A DNA stretch of 64,000 nucleotides from Planctomycetota bacterium (GTDB lineage Bacteria > Planctomycetota > GCA-002687715 > CAIWVZ01), in the NCBI GenBank assembly GCA_044222185.1, contig JBGANV010000013.1, positions 10,480 through 74,479 of the forward strand. Reading direction: 5' to 3'. The position numbers and the translations under genes were made by a program. Shown piece after piece: positions 9,707 through 18,332 of the stretch. The notes beneath the pieces were generated by a model that saw only the letters and a list, made by a program, of their open reading frames with translations, was not told the DNA's origin and searched no databases. Each line of letters begins with the position of its first letter. The first letter of the stretch is position 1.

Positions 9707-11010
9707 GGCTTGATCCCATCCGCGTCAAGCTCTTCCTGCTTGGCGACGTCCGCGGCCGTTCCCACTGGATGCTCGTACCAACCAGGGTCCCCTTCGCCGG
9801 AGAGTCTCTCGCGAACCTTCAGCACGGTCACCATGCCGCCCATGTTGATGTATCCGAACGGACCCGGGCCGCCGAACATCGGAATGCTGTTCGGAGGAAT
9901 CTCCTGCATCTCGTGGTCGTGCCCCTCCATCGGCGTCTGACCCATCGTCATGTACTCCGGCAGGACCGCTCCGAGCTTCTCGTCGACGATCGAGGGATCG
10001 ATGCCGATCAGATTCGGAATCCCGTGGCCCATCTGGTTCATCATGTGATGCGTCATGTGGCAGTGAAGGGTCCAGTCGCCCGGGTTGTTGGCCTCGAACT
10101 CGACGGCTCGTGTGCTCCCGACTGGAACGAGTACGGTCGTCTCCGGCCATCGCGCGGAGTCCGGGATCGCACCGCCGTCAGTTTCAGCGATCCAGAAGTT
10201 CGTGCCGTGGAGGTGTATGGGGTGGTGGTCGGTGGCGCTCAGGTTGCCAATCCGGATTCGAACTCGCTCGCCGCGCTGCGCGATGATTGGCGACGTTCCG
10301 GGGAATGCCTTGCCGTTGAACGTGAAGATGTTGAAGTCCGTCATCTCGTTCGGATCGGGACGTCTCGTTCCCGGTTTGATCGCCCACTCGTTCAACAGAT
10401 AGACGTAGTCCCGCTGCGTGCGTCGCTCCGGTGGCTTGCGCGGATGGACGACGAACATCCCCATGAGCCCCATCGCCATCTGCACCATCTCGTCATGGTG
10501 CGGGTGATACATGAACGTCCCGTGCTGCTCGAGCCGGAACTCGTACTTGAACGTCTCGCCCGGCTCGATCGGCCGCTGGGTGAGACCGGCGACGCCGTCC
10601 ATGCCGTTCGGGACGAAGATGCCGTGCCAGTGAACCGTGGTCGGTGACGGAAGCTTGTTCGTGACGTAGATTCGGATCCTGTCGCCTTCCACGGCTTCGA
10701 GGGTGGGGCCGTGGACGCGCCCGTTGTATCCCCAGCAATTCGCCTTGAGGCCAGGTGCGAACTCGTGCTCGACCGGGCCAGGGATCAGGTGAAAGATCTT
10801 GACACCGCTCACGATCTTGAATGGAAGTGCGGCCCCATCAGGCGTGACGACGGGAACGTAGTCCTCGTTCGGAATGCCCGGTCGGATCTCGCTCCGAAGG
10901 TCCTCGTCCCCGAGCGTGCGGCTACGCGCAAATCCCTTGCTTCCGGACGCGATGCCGGCGGCCACCGCCATCGCGGATCTCTGCATGAAGGCGCGGCGAT
11001 CAACGGTCAT
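9703..11010 (-). CDS. Tat-exported multicopper oxidase
   Basis: DRRAFM twin-Arg signal. HWHG, MYHPH, HPIHLHG, HCHMTHH copper motifs. Met-rich C-terminus. Confidence 0.93.
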   Translation of the reverse strand: MTVDRRAFMQRSAMAVAAGIASGSKGFARSRTLGDEDLRSEIRPGIPNEDYVPVVTPDGAALPFKIVSGVKIFHLIPGPVEHEFAPGLKANCWGYNGRVHGPTLEAVEGDRIRIYVTNKLPSPTTVHWHGIFVPNGMDGVAGLTQRPIEPGETFKYEFRLEQHGTFMYHPHHDEMVQMAMGLMGMFVVHPRKPPERRTQRDYVYLLNEWAIKPGTRRPDPNEMTDFNIFTFNGKAFPGTSPIIAQRGERVRIRIGNLSATDHHPIHLHGTNFWIAETDGGAIPDSARWPETTVLVPVGSTRAVEFEANNPGDWTLHCHMTHHMMNQMGHGIPNLIGIDPSIVDEKLGAVLPEYMTMGQTPMEGHDHEMQEIPPNSIPMFGGPGPFGYINMGGMVTVLKVRERLSGEGDPGWYEHPVGTAADVAKQEELDADGIKP

Positions 11011-12469
11011 GGTAACGGCCCTCCGTCATGTCGGACTCGCTGAGCTTCGAGTGATCTTGGCTCGGAGAACCGAGACGCTCATGGTTCAGGCTGCCGGCGA
11101 GCAGCTCAGAGAGATCCAGCCTCGCCCTCCAAGCATCACGGAGCGACTCGACGTAGTCCCGACCCGCGTCGAGTTCTTCCCGGCGCGCCATCAGGACGTC
11201 GAAGACGCCGATTTGCATCGCGTTAAAGAATTGGAGCGTCTCGTGCGTGAGTCGTCCCCGAAGCGGGATGACAACTGATCGCAAGTAGACAGCGCGATCA
11301 CGCAGCGCGAGGCTCCGTTCCCGCAGAGTGCGCGCCGCCGTCCGAACTTCGATGGCGGTGGCAGCGTAGTCGGCAAGGGCGTGCTGCAATGCGGCCGCCG
11401 CAGCGGCACTCTTTGCCGTTCCGAGATCGAAGAGCGGGATCGCAACCTCGAGCGACGGGCCGAAGCCCCAGCCGCCGACGGCCTCCTGCTTGACCGCCAC
11501 TCCGGCGTCCGCGGACGGAAACACGGTCTCCCACGATCTCACGCCGGCCTGCTGGGCGGCCTCGTCGACGAGGCTTCGCGACCGCGCGAGATCGAGGCTG
11601 ATACGAACCGCGCGGGACTCGAGCGCCTCGATGTCGAAGCTCACCGCGGGGTCCTCGCCAAGATGTCCGCTGATCCGCCACGCTGTCTTCCGTCCCCATA
11701 GGCCGAGCAGCGTGTTCAGAGGCTCCCGCGCCTCGTGTTCGTGCGCTTCGGCGTCCGCGAGAGCCAGCCGTGCCGTCGCGGCACTCGACTCTTCGAGAGT
11801 CCGTTCGCGATCGATGACGTTGCCAGCATCGTGGAGGCGACGCATCAACTCCTTGCCCGCATCCGCCGCCTCGACGGCGCGGCGCCGCATCTCGGTGACC
11901 TGCTGAGCCGCTCGGATTTCGACGAACTGCCGGCGGACGTCGAACGCAAGGCGCACGAGATCCCGCGTCACCTCGGCGCGCCGGGCTTCGAACGCTGTTT
12001 CGGCAACGCGCCGCCGGAGCGGCATCAGGAACACGTCCAGGAAGGACTGCGCGAGCCCGAGCTCGATCTCCGTTCCCTCGCCGAAGAATTTGGCGTTCCC
12101 GCTGAAGACCGGGTTCTTGAGAAGGCCGGCCTGGAGAAGCTCGGCTCGCGCGATTCCGAGAGTCTCGTAGAGGGCGGCCACGCGCGGGTTGTTCAGCAGA
12201 GCGATCTGGACTGCCCGATCCTCGGTGAGGTCCTCATCCAACCACTGTGGATCAAACGTCTGTGTCGACTCGCTCCACGTTCGGCCGAGATGCGCTTCGG
12301 CTCCGATTCGGGACGAGAGGTCCGACTCGACATCCGCCCTTCGCGTCGAAGAAGTCGAGCACCCCCCCAGGGCAGCAACCAGTGCGATGACGGCTGCAAG
12401 AATCAAGAACAACCTTCCGACCGTCAGGCCTCGACGGCGATGAGGTGACGGCGGCGAACAGCAGCTCAT
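11000..12469 (-). CDS. TolC/CusC-family outer-membrane efflux lipoprotein
   Basis: Lipobox LGGC, AVQIALLNNP, QAGLLKNP, IPLFDLG, MQIGVFDVL. ATG 12469 overlaps the upstream stop. Confidence 0.88.
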   Translation of the reverse strand: MSCCSPPSPHRRRGLTVGRLFLILAAVIALVAALGGCSTSSTRRADVESDLSSRIGAEAHLGRTWSESTQTFDPQWLDEDLTEDRAVQIALLNNPRVAALYETLGIARAELLQAGLLKNPVFSGNAKFFGEGTEIELGLAQSFLDVFLMPLRRRVAETAFEARRAEVTRDLVRLAFDVRRQFVEIRAAQQVTEMRRRAVEAADAGKELMRRLHDAGNVIDRERTLEESSAATARLALADAEAHEHEAREPLNTLLGLWGRKTAWRISGHLGEDPAVSFDIEALESRAVRISLDLARSRSLVDEAAQQAGVRSWETVFPSADAGVAVKQEAVGGWGFGPSLEVAIPLFDLGTAKSAAAAAALQHALADYAATAIEVRTAARTLRERSLALRDRAVYLRSVVIPLRGRLTHETLQFFNAMQIGVFDVLMARREELDAGRDYVESLRDAWRARLDLSELLAGSLNHERLGSPSQDHSKLSESDMTEGRYHDR

Positions 12470-12807
12470 TTTTCTTCTCCGTCGTGATGGTGCTCGTGAT
12501 GCTCGTGGGCTGGGCGAGACTCGGGTGGCCGCGTCTCGGCGTTCCCGGCCTCGCGCCGCGATTCGGCAGCACGCGGAGCTGCTCCGTGCGCATGATGCGC
12601 GCCCACGCCAGGCGCTGATTCGGGATGCGAGATCATCGCGGGTACAGCCTCGATCGCGAGTGTTGCGGACCGCGCCGGACGGGGAGCCTCGTCGGCATCG
12701 ACGGATGCGGGGTGATCGCGACCGGGATCCGGCATCGGCGGAGCGATCGAGCATCCAAACGACAAGACGAGTGCCCCCGTGAGGGCGACGTAGTTCTTGC
12801 GAGTCAT
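12466..12807 (-). CDS. Small His-rich lipoprotein
   Basis: Lipobox LSFGC, DHPAS, HEHHEHHH tail. AAGGAG RBS. Confidence 0.7.
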   Translation of the reverse strand: MTRKNYVALTGALVLSFGCSIAPPMPDPGRDHPASVDADEAPRPARSATLAIEAVPAMISHPESAPGVGAHHAHGAAPRAAESRREAGNAETRPPESRPAHEHHEHHHDGEEK

Positions 12808-12870
12808 GCCCTTCTCCTTCCGTAGCGACGCCGCCCGCGGGGAACGCCGGCGGCGCTGTGGACTCACCGA

Positions 12871-13572
12871 TCACTTCTTCGTGTCGGACTGGTCGTGGTG
12901 CTCTTGATGGTGGCCGTGATCGCCGTGGCCATCGCCGGAATGGTGATCGGCCGACCGGCTCTCGGGCTTCGACTCCGCGGCCTTCGAGACCGACTCCTTC
13001 GCCTTCTTCAGGGTTTCAGCCGGCACCTTCTCGGCATCCTGAACGCACGTCGACGCCGAGAGATGGACGATCTCGTCTCCGATCACGATGAAGGCATTCT
13101 TGACGACCGGCTTCCCGGAGATCGGGCACGTGGTGTTTCCCACATCCTTCAGCTTTGGGTTCAGCGCCTTCGCAAGAACGACCTGGGCGTCATCCTGCGC
13201 CGGCTTCACGCAGTCCTTGCAGCAGAGGTTGATCTCATACCCCTGGAGCTTGACCGTCGGCGAGCCTGCTTCGATCGCATCTCCGCTGACGGGGCACACC
13301 GTGTTCTTCGCCTGCGTCGTCTTCGGGTACGCGGCCTTGTAGGTGCCTTCGGGATCCTGCCGGACCTTCTTGTTGCAGGAGGCACAGCAGAGGTAGACGC
13401 GCCCGTAGATCGTGTCGACGAAGACCTTCGTTGAGGCTGGTTTGCCCATGACCGGGCAGTTGACGTTCGGATACGTCGGAACGCTCGTCTTCGGATTCGA
13501 AGCCGAGTCTTGCGCGAAGGCGATCGTTCCGATCACCACGAGCACACCGAGTGAGGCATTGAAACGGATCAT
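12871..13572 (-). CDS. Secreted CPxxG-repeat (YHS/TRASH-like) metal-binding protein, copy B
   Basis: CPVMG...CCASC, CPVSG...CCKDC, CPISG, His-rich tail. 233 aa like copy A when started at ATG 13572. Confidence 0.8.
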   Translation of the reverse strand: MIRFNASLGVLVVIGTIAFAQDSASNPKTSVPTYPNVNCPVMGKPASTKVFVDTIYGRVYLCCASCNKKVRQDPEGTYKAAYPKTTQAKNTVCPVSGDAIEAGSPTVKLQGYEINLCCKDCVKPAQDDAQVVLAKALNPKLKDVGNTTCPISGKPVVKNAFIVIGDEIVHLSASTCVQDAEKVPAETLKKAKESVSKAAESKPESRSADHHSGDGHGDHGHHQEHHDQSDTKK

Positions 13573-13774
13573 GTTGGTCCTTTGTCTTGGTGATGAAGAG
13601 TGAATTTCTGCGGCTCCGCGCCGGAAGAGGTCGCACGCGGAATTGAGGATGTCGGCCATGGCGGCGTCCAACGACGGACGTCGAGACCACGACAGAGATC
13701 GAAATCGACGGGCCGGATCAGTCCAGGGCTGCGCCTTGCGACGCAACCAGACCGGCCGTCTTTCGCCGCAAGGT

Positions 13775-14167
13775 CTAAATCACCAACGGACCCGAACGTT
13801 GCTTCGGTGGTGAGAAGTGGGGTGTCGGAGCAAGCGCATCGCCGACGTCGATGGTCTTGGAACGCGCCAGGAAGTCCATCATCGCCACAGGAATCACTGC
13901 GGGCGAGACGGGATGGTCAAGTCCTGCGGCCGGCGGTGTGGAGTCAGTTTCGTGCGCAGTGTTGAACGTGATGCACCGACCGCCGGCGACGGAGAGCATG
14001 TTCGCGAGCTGCCTTCCGACTGGGTTTGGCGCCGCCGGTTTGGTCTCGTGCTCGCGATTCGACGATTTCGTATGGCGGCAGAAGCAGATCGTGAGGGAAA
14101 CTCCGTCTGGAACCACGAGAAGTGGCATCAACGCGACGAGGAAGGCCTTCAGCCGGGGCAGTCCCAT
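13775..14167 (-). CDS. Small leader-type ORF (hydrophobic N-terminus, CFC, Pro-containing C-terminus), copy B
   Basis: ..SLTICFC.. and C-terminal FSPPKQRSGPLVI. First gene of the minus-strand operon. Confidence 0.55.
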   Translation of the reverse strand: MGLPRLKAFLVALMPLLVVPDGVSLTICFCRHTKSSNREHETKPAAPNPVGRQLANMLSVAGGRCITFNTAHETDSTPPAAGLDHPVSPAVIPVAMMDFLARSKTIDVGDALAPTPHFSPPKQRSGPLVI

Positions 14168-14452
14168 GACTCGCAGCTTAATACGATTCTCGTGAGCGGG
14201 TCAACGAGGAGAGCTTGCAGTCTTCAGCGCTCTGTCCCGCGTCGGTGTCCGGCCATCACCTCGACGTTCGCCAACCCTGTTGCTCGCTTCGACTTGGCTC
14301 GATCGAAGCAACTGGGGAGGCCAGCAGGGCCCACCGCGGACGCGCACACCACGAACGACAGTGGCTCGGAGCGATGTAGGTTGAATCTTGAACCTCCGAT
14401 GTGAACCTCATCGCGTCGCAGAATTCCTCGTCGCGGCCCGGAGGACTCGGCC

Positions 14453-14806
14453 ATGAATCGCCAACCCACGCGCTCCCTGGTACCTCGCCTGCTTGCCGTC
14501 GCGGCGCTCGCGATGGTCACGGGCTTTGTGACAAGTTGTCGCTCCGATGACGTCGGAGATCACGGCGACCATGGCCCACCATCAGTCATCGCGTGCTCCA
14601 AGTGCTACGAGCAGGTCGTCGTCCAGCGCTCCCGGATCGGGGGCCGAAACCCCCGCGGACGAGGGTCGCAGGTGGTCTTCAAGCATCACTGCGCCGACTG
14701 CAACGCCGAGATGACGATCACGGACGAAGACGGCGTCGCGACGATGAGATGTCCGACGTGCGCCCCAGAAGGTGTCGCGTGTGATCGCTGCGTCGGGCCG
14801 CGTTAA
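14453..14806 (+). CDS. Small lipoprotein with four CxxC motifs
   Basis: GGAGG RBS, lipobox VTSC, DHGDH, CSKC/CADC/CPTC/CDRC. Confidence 0.65.
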   Translation: MNRQPTRSLVPRLLAVAALAMVTGFVTSCRSDDVGDHGDHGPPSVIACSKCYEQVVVQRSRIGGRNPRGRGSQVVFKHHCADCNAEMTITDEDGVATMRCPTCAPEGVACDRCVGPR

Positions 14807-14924
14807 TTCCCTCAATTCTGGTGCGGAGTCAGCGCGATGGGTCCGATTTGGGGCCGCCTCGGACCCATCCGGATGACCCGTCCGGCACTTTCACCGGCGG
14901 TATTTCACACCGTCCGCGGATCGG

Positions 14925-15578
14925 TCACCCGCAACACTCGTCGCCTCTCCACGCCTCTCGTCCTTCGCGGACGATGAGCACGGCGACGAGGATCGCCGTC
15001 ACGGGATCAGCCCACCACCAACCGAAGATGCCGTTGAGCGCCACTCCGAGCAGGGTCGCCAGGGAAAGCCACCAACACGCGGTCGTCTGCCCCGCGTCGG
15101 CTTGCATTGCACGGCTTCCAAGCTCTCGACCGACTTGACGCTTCGCGCGAGCGAGCCGAACCATGACGACCAGCGAAACCGCCGTGAGCGCGATACCAAC
15201 CGGGCTGAACTCCGGACGCTCTCTGAGACGGAGCGTGTTGACGGCGTCGAACACGACGTATGCGGCGAGGAGAAAGAGCGAGAGCGCAACCAAGCGACGC
15301 GCGCGATGCTCGATGGCTTCGACGTGCGCTGCCGAGCCCACACCTGATCGCTCGGTTCGCAATCGCCAGATCATGATCAGCCCCGACGCGGACTCGACGA
15401 AGCTGTCGACGCCGAATCCGAAGAGCACGATCGATCGCGCAAGGACGGCCGCCGTGATGGCCACTCCACCTTCAACGAGGTTCCAACCGACTGTCAGGTA
15501 CTCGAGACGGATTGCGCGACGGAGAATGTCCCGCCGTCCACCGGCCAGAGCAGAATCACGATTGGAGTCCATCGGCAA
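14925..15578 (-). CDS. Short cation diffusion facilitator (CDF) transporter lacking cytosolic C-terminal domain
   Basis: LEYLTVGWNLVEG, FGVDSFVE, ADA.QT..C, GWWWADP. Six TM segments. Confidence 0.88.
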   Translation of the reverse strand: MPMDSNRDSALAGGRRDILRRAIRLEYLTVGWNLVEGGVAITAAVLARSIVLFGFGVDSFVESASGLIMIWRLRTERSGVGSAAHVEAIEHRARRLVALSLFLLAAYVVFDAVNTLRLRERPEFSPVGIALTAVSLVVMVRLARAKRQVGRELGSRAMQADAGQTTACWWLSLATLLGVALNGIFGWWWADPVTAILVAVLIVREGREAWRGDECCG

Positions 15579-15860
15579 CGAAGTGGGGTGGGGCCGGAGT
15601 CACGAAGCACCGGCTACTAACGGATACAGGCGAAGGTTCGGGGACAGCTCATCGACCACCGCGAACGTTATCAGGCGCGGGATTCCAGACACCGCGTACG
15701 CACGGGCATCCCGCTGTCGGAGAGATAGAGAGGTCCCACGCCCCGCCGCCGCGTCCCACCATCTTCCCTCGACACGAGTGTCGCAGGCAGCGGTTCACGC
15801 GCGAGCGGCGCAGCCCAGGCCCGCTCTCGGGGTTCATCGAATGCACCGGCTTCCGCTCTG

Positions 15861-16171
15861 CTTCACCGATACATCACCGATTTCAAGCGATCGAGAGCGA
15901 GGCTGTGGTCGCGCGCTGACCGGAACGGCCGACCACGCTTTGAGATGCGACCGCCGCGGCGGTGAGCGAGCCTCGCATCGCCTCCTCGGTCGGTGAAGTT
16001 CGCGACTCCCGCCGCGACGGCGCGAACCCCGCCTGTTCCTCGGCGAATCGGGGCAAGATCCTCCGCTCGACGCCGACGCCGTGAACTTGCCCGCTTGCGA
16101 CCGCCGGTGAAGCATCGGTGAACATCATCTGCGCTCTGAGGGCGCTCCGACTTCACCGCCAGACCTCACCG
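15861..16171. repeat. Cluster of CGGTGA(A) motifs including a 19-bp imperfect inverted repeat
   Basis: CTTCACCGATACATCACCG (15861-79) is the inverse of CGGTGAAGCATCGGTGAAC (16105-23), 3 mismatches. Further motifs at 15960, 15991, 16152, 16165. Confidence 0.65.
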
Positions 16172-16264
16172 GGTATGATCTGCGTCGCTCCGGGCAACCT
16201 CCAAGGCGACGTGTGTCGCACATCTCCAAGCCGCGCCCGGCCACCACTGTCTTGGAGACTCTCC

Positions 16265-17548
16265 ATGTCGACTCCCGCGACTCTCGCGATCCGTCGCCGT
16301 CCGATTGCGTCCCTCGCCCCCGACCCGGCCAATGCCCGCAAGCACGGCGAGCAGAACCTCGATGCCATCACGGCGTCGCTTCGCCGCTTCGGACAGGCCG
16401 AACCACTCGTCATCCAGGCCGGCACGGGCCGTGTGATCGCCGGCCACGGGCGGCTTCTGGCCATGAAGCAGCTCGGCTGGACCGACTGCGACGTCGTCGA
16501 ACTGGACGTGGACGATCTGAAGGCGACCGCCCTCGGCATTGCCCTCAACCGCACGGCGGAGCTGGCCGAGTGGGATGAATCAGTCCTCGCGAAGCTCCTC
16601 GACGAGCTGCGCGACCAGGACGCACTCGACGGCGTCGGCTTCGCGCCCGGAGACATCGACGCCCTGCTCGCCGAACTTGACGCCCAGGCCGGGCCAGCGG
16701 AGCTGTCCGACGAGGGCCCCGATGAACCGCCTGAGGACCCCGTATCGCGCCGCGGCGACCTGTGGGTGCTCGGTGATCATCGCCTGCTCTGCGGCGACTC
16801 CACCAATGCCGACGACGTCGCGCGCCTGATGGCCGGCGACAAGGCGGCCCTCATCGCGACCGACCCGCCCTACCTCGTCGACTACACCGGCGAACGGCCG
16901 AACGACTCCGGGAAGGATTGGAGCGCCACCTACCGCGAGATCGACATCAAGGACGCGGACGCGTTCTTCCGATCCGTGTTCACGAACGTGAAGGCGGTCG
17001 GCGCACCGAACGCCGCGATCTACTGCTGGCACGCCCACAAACGCTCCGGCGACATCCAGCGCATCTGGCGCGACCTCGGCATCCTCGACCACCAGCAGAT
17101 CGTGTGGGTGAAGCCGACCGCGGTGTTCGGCCGGGTCTATTGGCACTTCCGCCACGAGCCGTGCATGATGGGTTGGATCCAGGGATCGAAACCCGAGCAT
17201 GACGGCGTTCACGAACACGACTCCGTCTGGGAGGTCGACTGGGACGGGAAGGCTCGCCTCGTGGGGTCCGAGCACCCTACTTCGAAGCCCGTCGAGCTGT
17301 TCGCCCGCCCCATGCGCAAGCACACGAAGCCGGGCCAAATCGTGTTCGAGCCGTTCTCGGGCTCCGGCTCCCAGATCATCGCGGCCGAGCGTGAGCGCCG
17401 TCGATGCCGCGCGATGGAGATCAGCCCCGCGTTCGTCGACGTGGCGATTCGTCGCTGGGAGAAGGCAACGGGCAAGTCCGCCACGCTCGAGGACACGGGG
17501 CAGTCGTTCGCGGTCGTGTCCGAGATCCGGGAGGCGTCCCATGCATAG
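16265..17548 (+). CDS. ParB-N domain fused to N6/N4 DNA methyltransferase (phage type)
   Basis: NARKH, IAGHGRL, GD.W.LGDHRLLCGDST, TDPPY, HPTSKPVEL, EPFSGSGS. GGAG RBS. Confidence 0.92.
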   Translation: MSTPATLAIRRRPIASLAPDPANARKHGEQNLDAITASLRRFGQAEPLVIQAGTGRVIAGHGRLLAMKQLGWTDCDVVELDVDDLKATALGIALNRTAELAEWDESVLAKLLDELRDQDALDGVGFAPGDIDALLAELDAQAGPAELSDEGPDEPPEDPVSRRGDLWVLGDHRLLCGDSTNADDVARLMAGDKAALIATDPPYLVDYTGERPNDSGKDWSATYREIDIKDADAFFRSVFTNVKAVGAPNAAIYCWHAHKRSGDIQRIWRDLGILDHQQIVWVKPTAVFGRVYWHFRHEPCMMGWIQGSKPEHDGVHEHDSVWEVDWDGKARLVGSEHPTSKPVELFARPMRKHTKPGQIVFEPFSGSGSQIIAAERERRRCRAMEISPAFVDVAIRRWEKATGKSATLEDTGQSFAVVSEIREASHA

Positions 17549-17645
17549 ATGTCTCCTGCGTCGTCCTGACCCGCTCGCTCCATGGTTCATGTTCTGGTTC
17601 CTCATCGCGGCGCTATGCCTCGCCTACGGGATCGCGAAGCGGTGA
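17541..17645 (+). CDS. Tiny single-TM peptide
   Basis: MHRCLLRRPDPLAPWFMFWFLIAALCLAYGIAKR. GGAGG RBS; overlaps both neighbours. Confidence 0.4.
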   Translation: MHRCLLRRPDPLAPWFMFWFLIAALCLAYGIAKR

Positions 17646-18148
17646 AGCGGAAGCTCCCATCGAGCGCGTTCGACGCGTACGTCAGCCTGGGCGCGGCCCG
17701 CAGCTACGAGGCCGTCGCCCGGCAGTTCGGCGTCACGAAGCGCGCCGTGACGGCGTGCGCTGAACGCGAGGACTGGCAGGGTCGACTCGCGGACGCCCAC
17801 GAGAAGGCCCGGGTCGAGAGCGATCGCAAGGCCGCGGACGAACTCGTCGCCATGAACGCGCGGCACGATGGGATCGCTGGCGCGATCGAGACCGCCGTCG
17901 TGAAGTTGATGCGGGAGCTGGGCAACGAAGCCACGATGGCCGACCTGCGAATGGCCGCCCTAACGATCGAGGCGACACAGCGGGTGAGACGGACTTCGCG
18001 CGGGCTCGATGACGCGGCACGTCTCGCGCAGGCGGCGGAGCCGGCCGCTCCCCTTCCGCCCCGGATCATCGAGTGGCGGCTGATGACGCCCGAGCGGATC
18101 GCGGAGGAGCGTGCCAAGCACCGGGTGCCCGCCGAACGGTCCGGGTAG
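17642..18148 (+). CDS. Terminase-small-subunit-like HTH protein #1
   Basis: GTG start. AFDAYVSLGAARSYEAVARQFGVT..W.. HTH followed by coiled coil. Lies downstream of ParB-MTase, as phage terS genes often do. Confidence 0.6.
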   Translation: MKRKLPSSAFDAYVSLGAARSYEAVARQFGVTKRAVTACAEREDWQGRLADAHEKARVESDRKAADELVAMNARHDGIAGAIETAVVKLMRELGNEATMADLRMAALTIEATQRVRRTSRGLDDAARLAQAAEPAAPLPPRIIEWRLMTPERIAEERAKHRVPAERSG

Positions 18149-18179
18149 GCCAACCGCCTCAGTCAGTTCGCGGCCGGAA

Positions 18180-18318
18180 CTTCTTCGTCGTCGCCTCCCC
18201 CCTACAGGAGACGCCTAACGGCGAAGAAGCCCCCCTCCGGGCGTCCTCAACTCACCGCCGCCCTGACCCGCTCCCGATCCACCCGCGCAACGACCAGCGT
18301 CGAGGTGATCGATCGGTG
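18180..18318 (-). pseudogene. Relic copy of tyrosine-recombinase 3' end plus downstream hairpin
   Basis: 18247-18318 encodes HRSITSTLVVARVDRERVRAAVS*, versus HRSITSTLVYARVDRERVRAAVS* at 19255-19326. The hairpin is duplicated as well. Confidence 0.85.
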
Positions 18319-18332
18319 GTGAATCGCGGCGT

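Noticed and set aside
16265-17548. Restriction-modification system
   Set aside because: No cognate endonuclease nearby; the ParB fusion is the phage orphan type.
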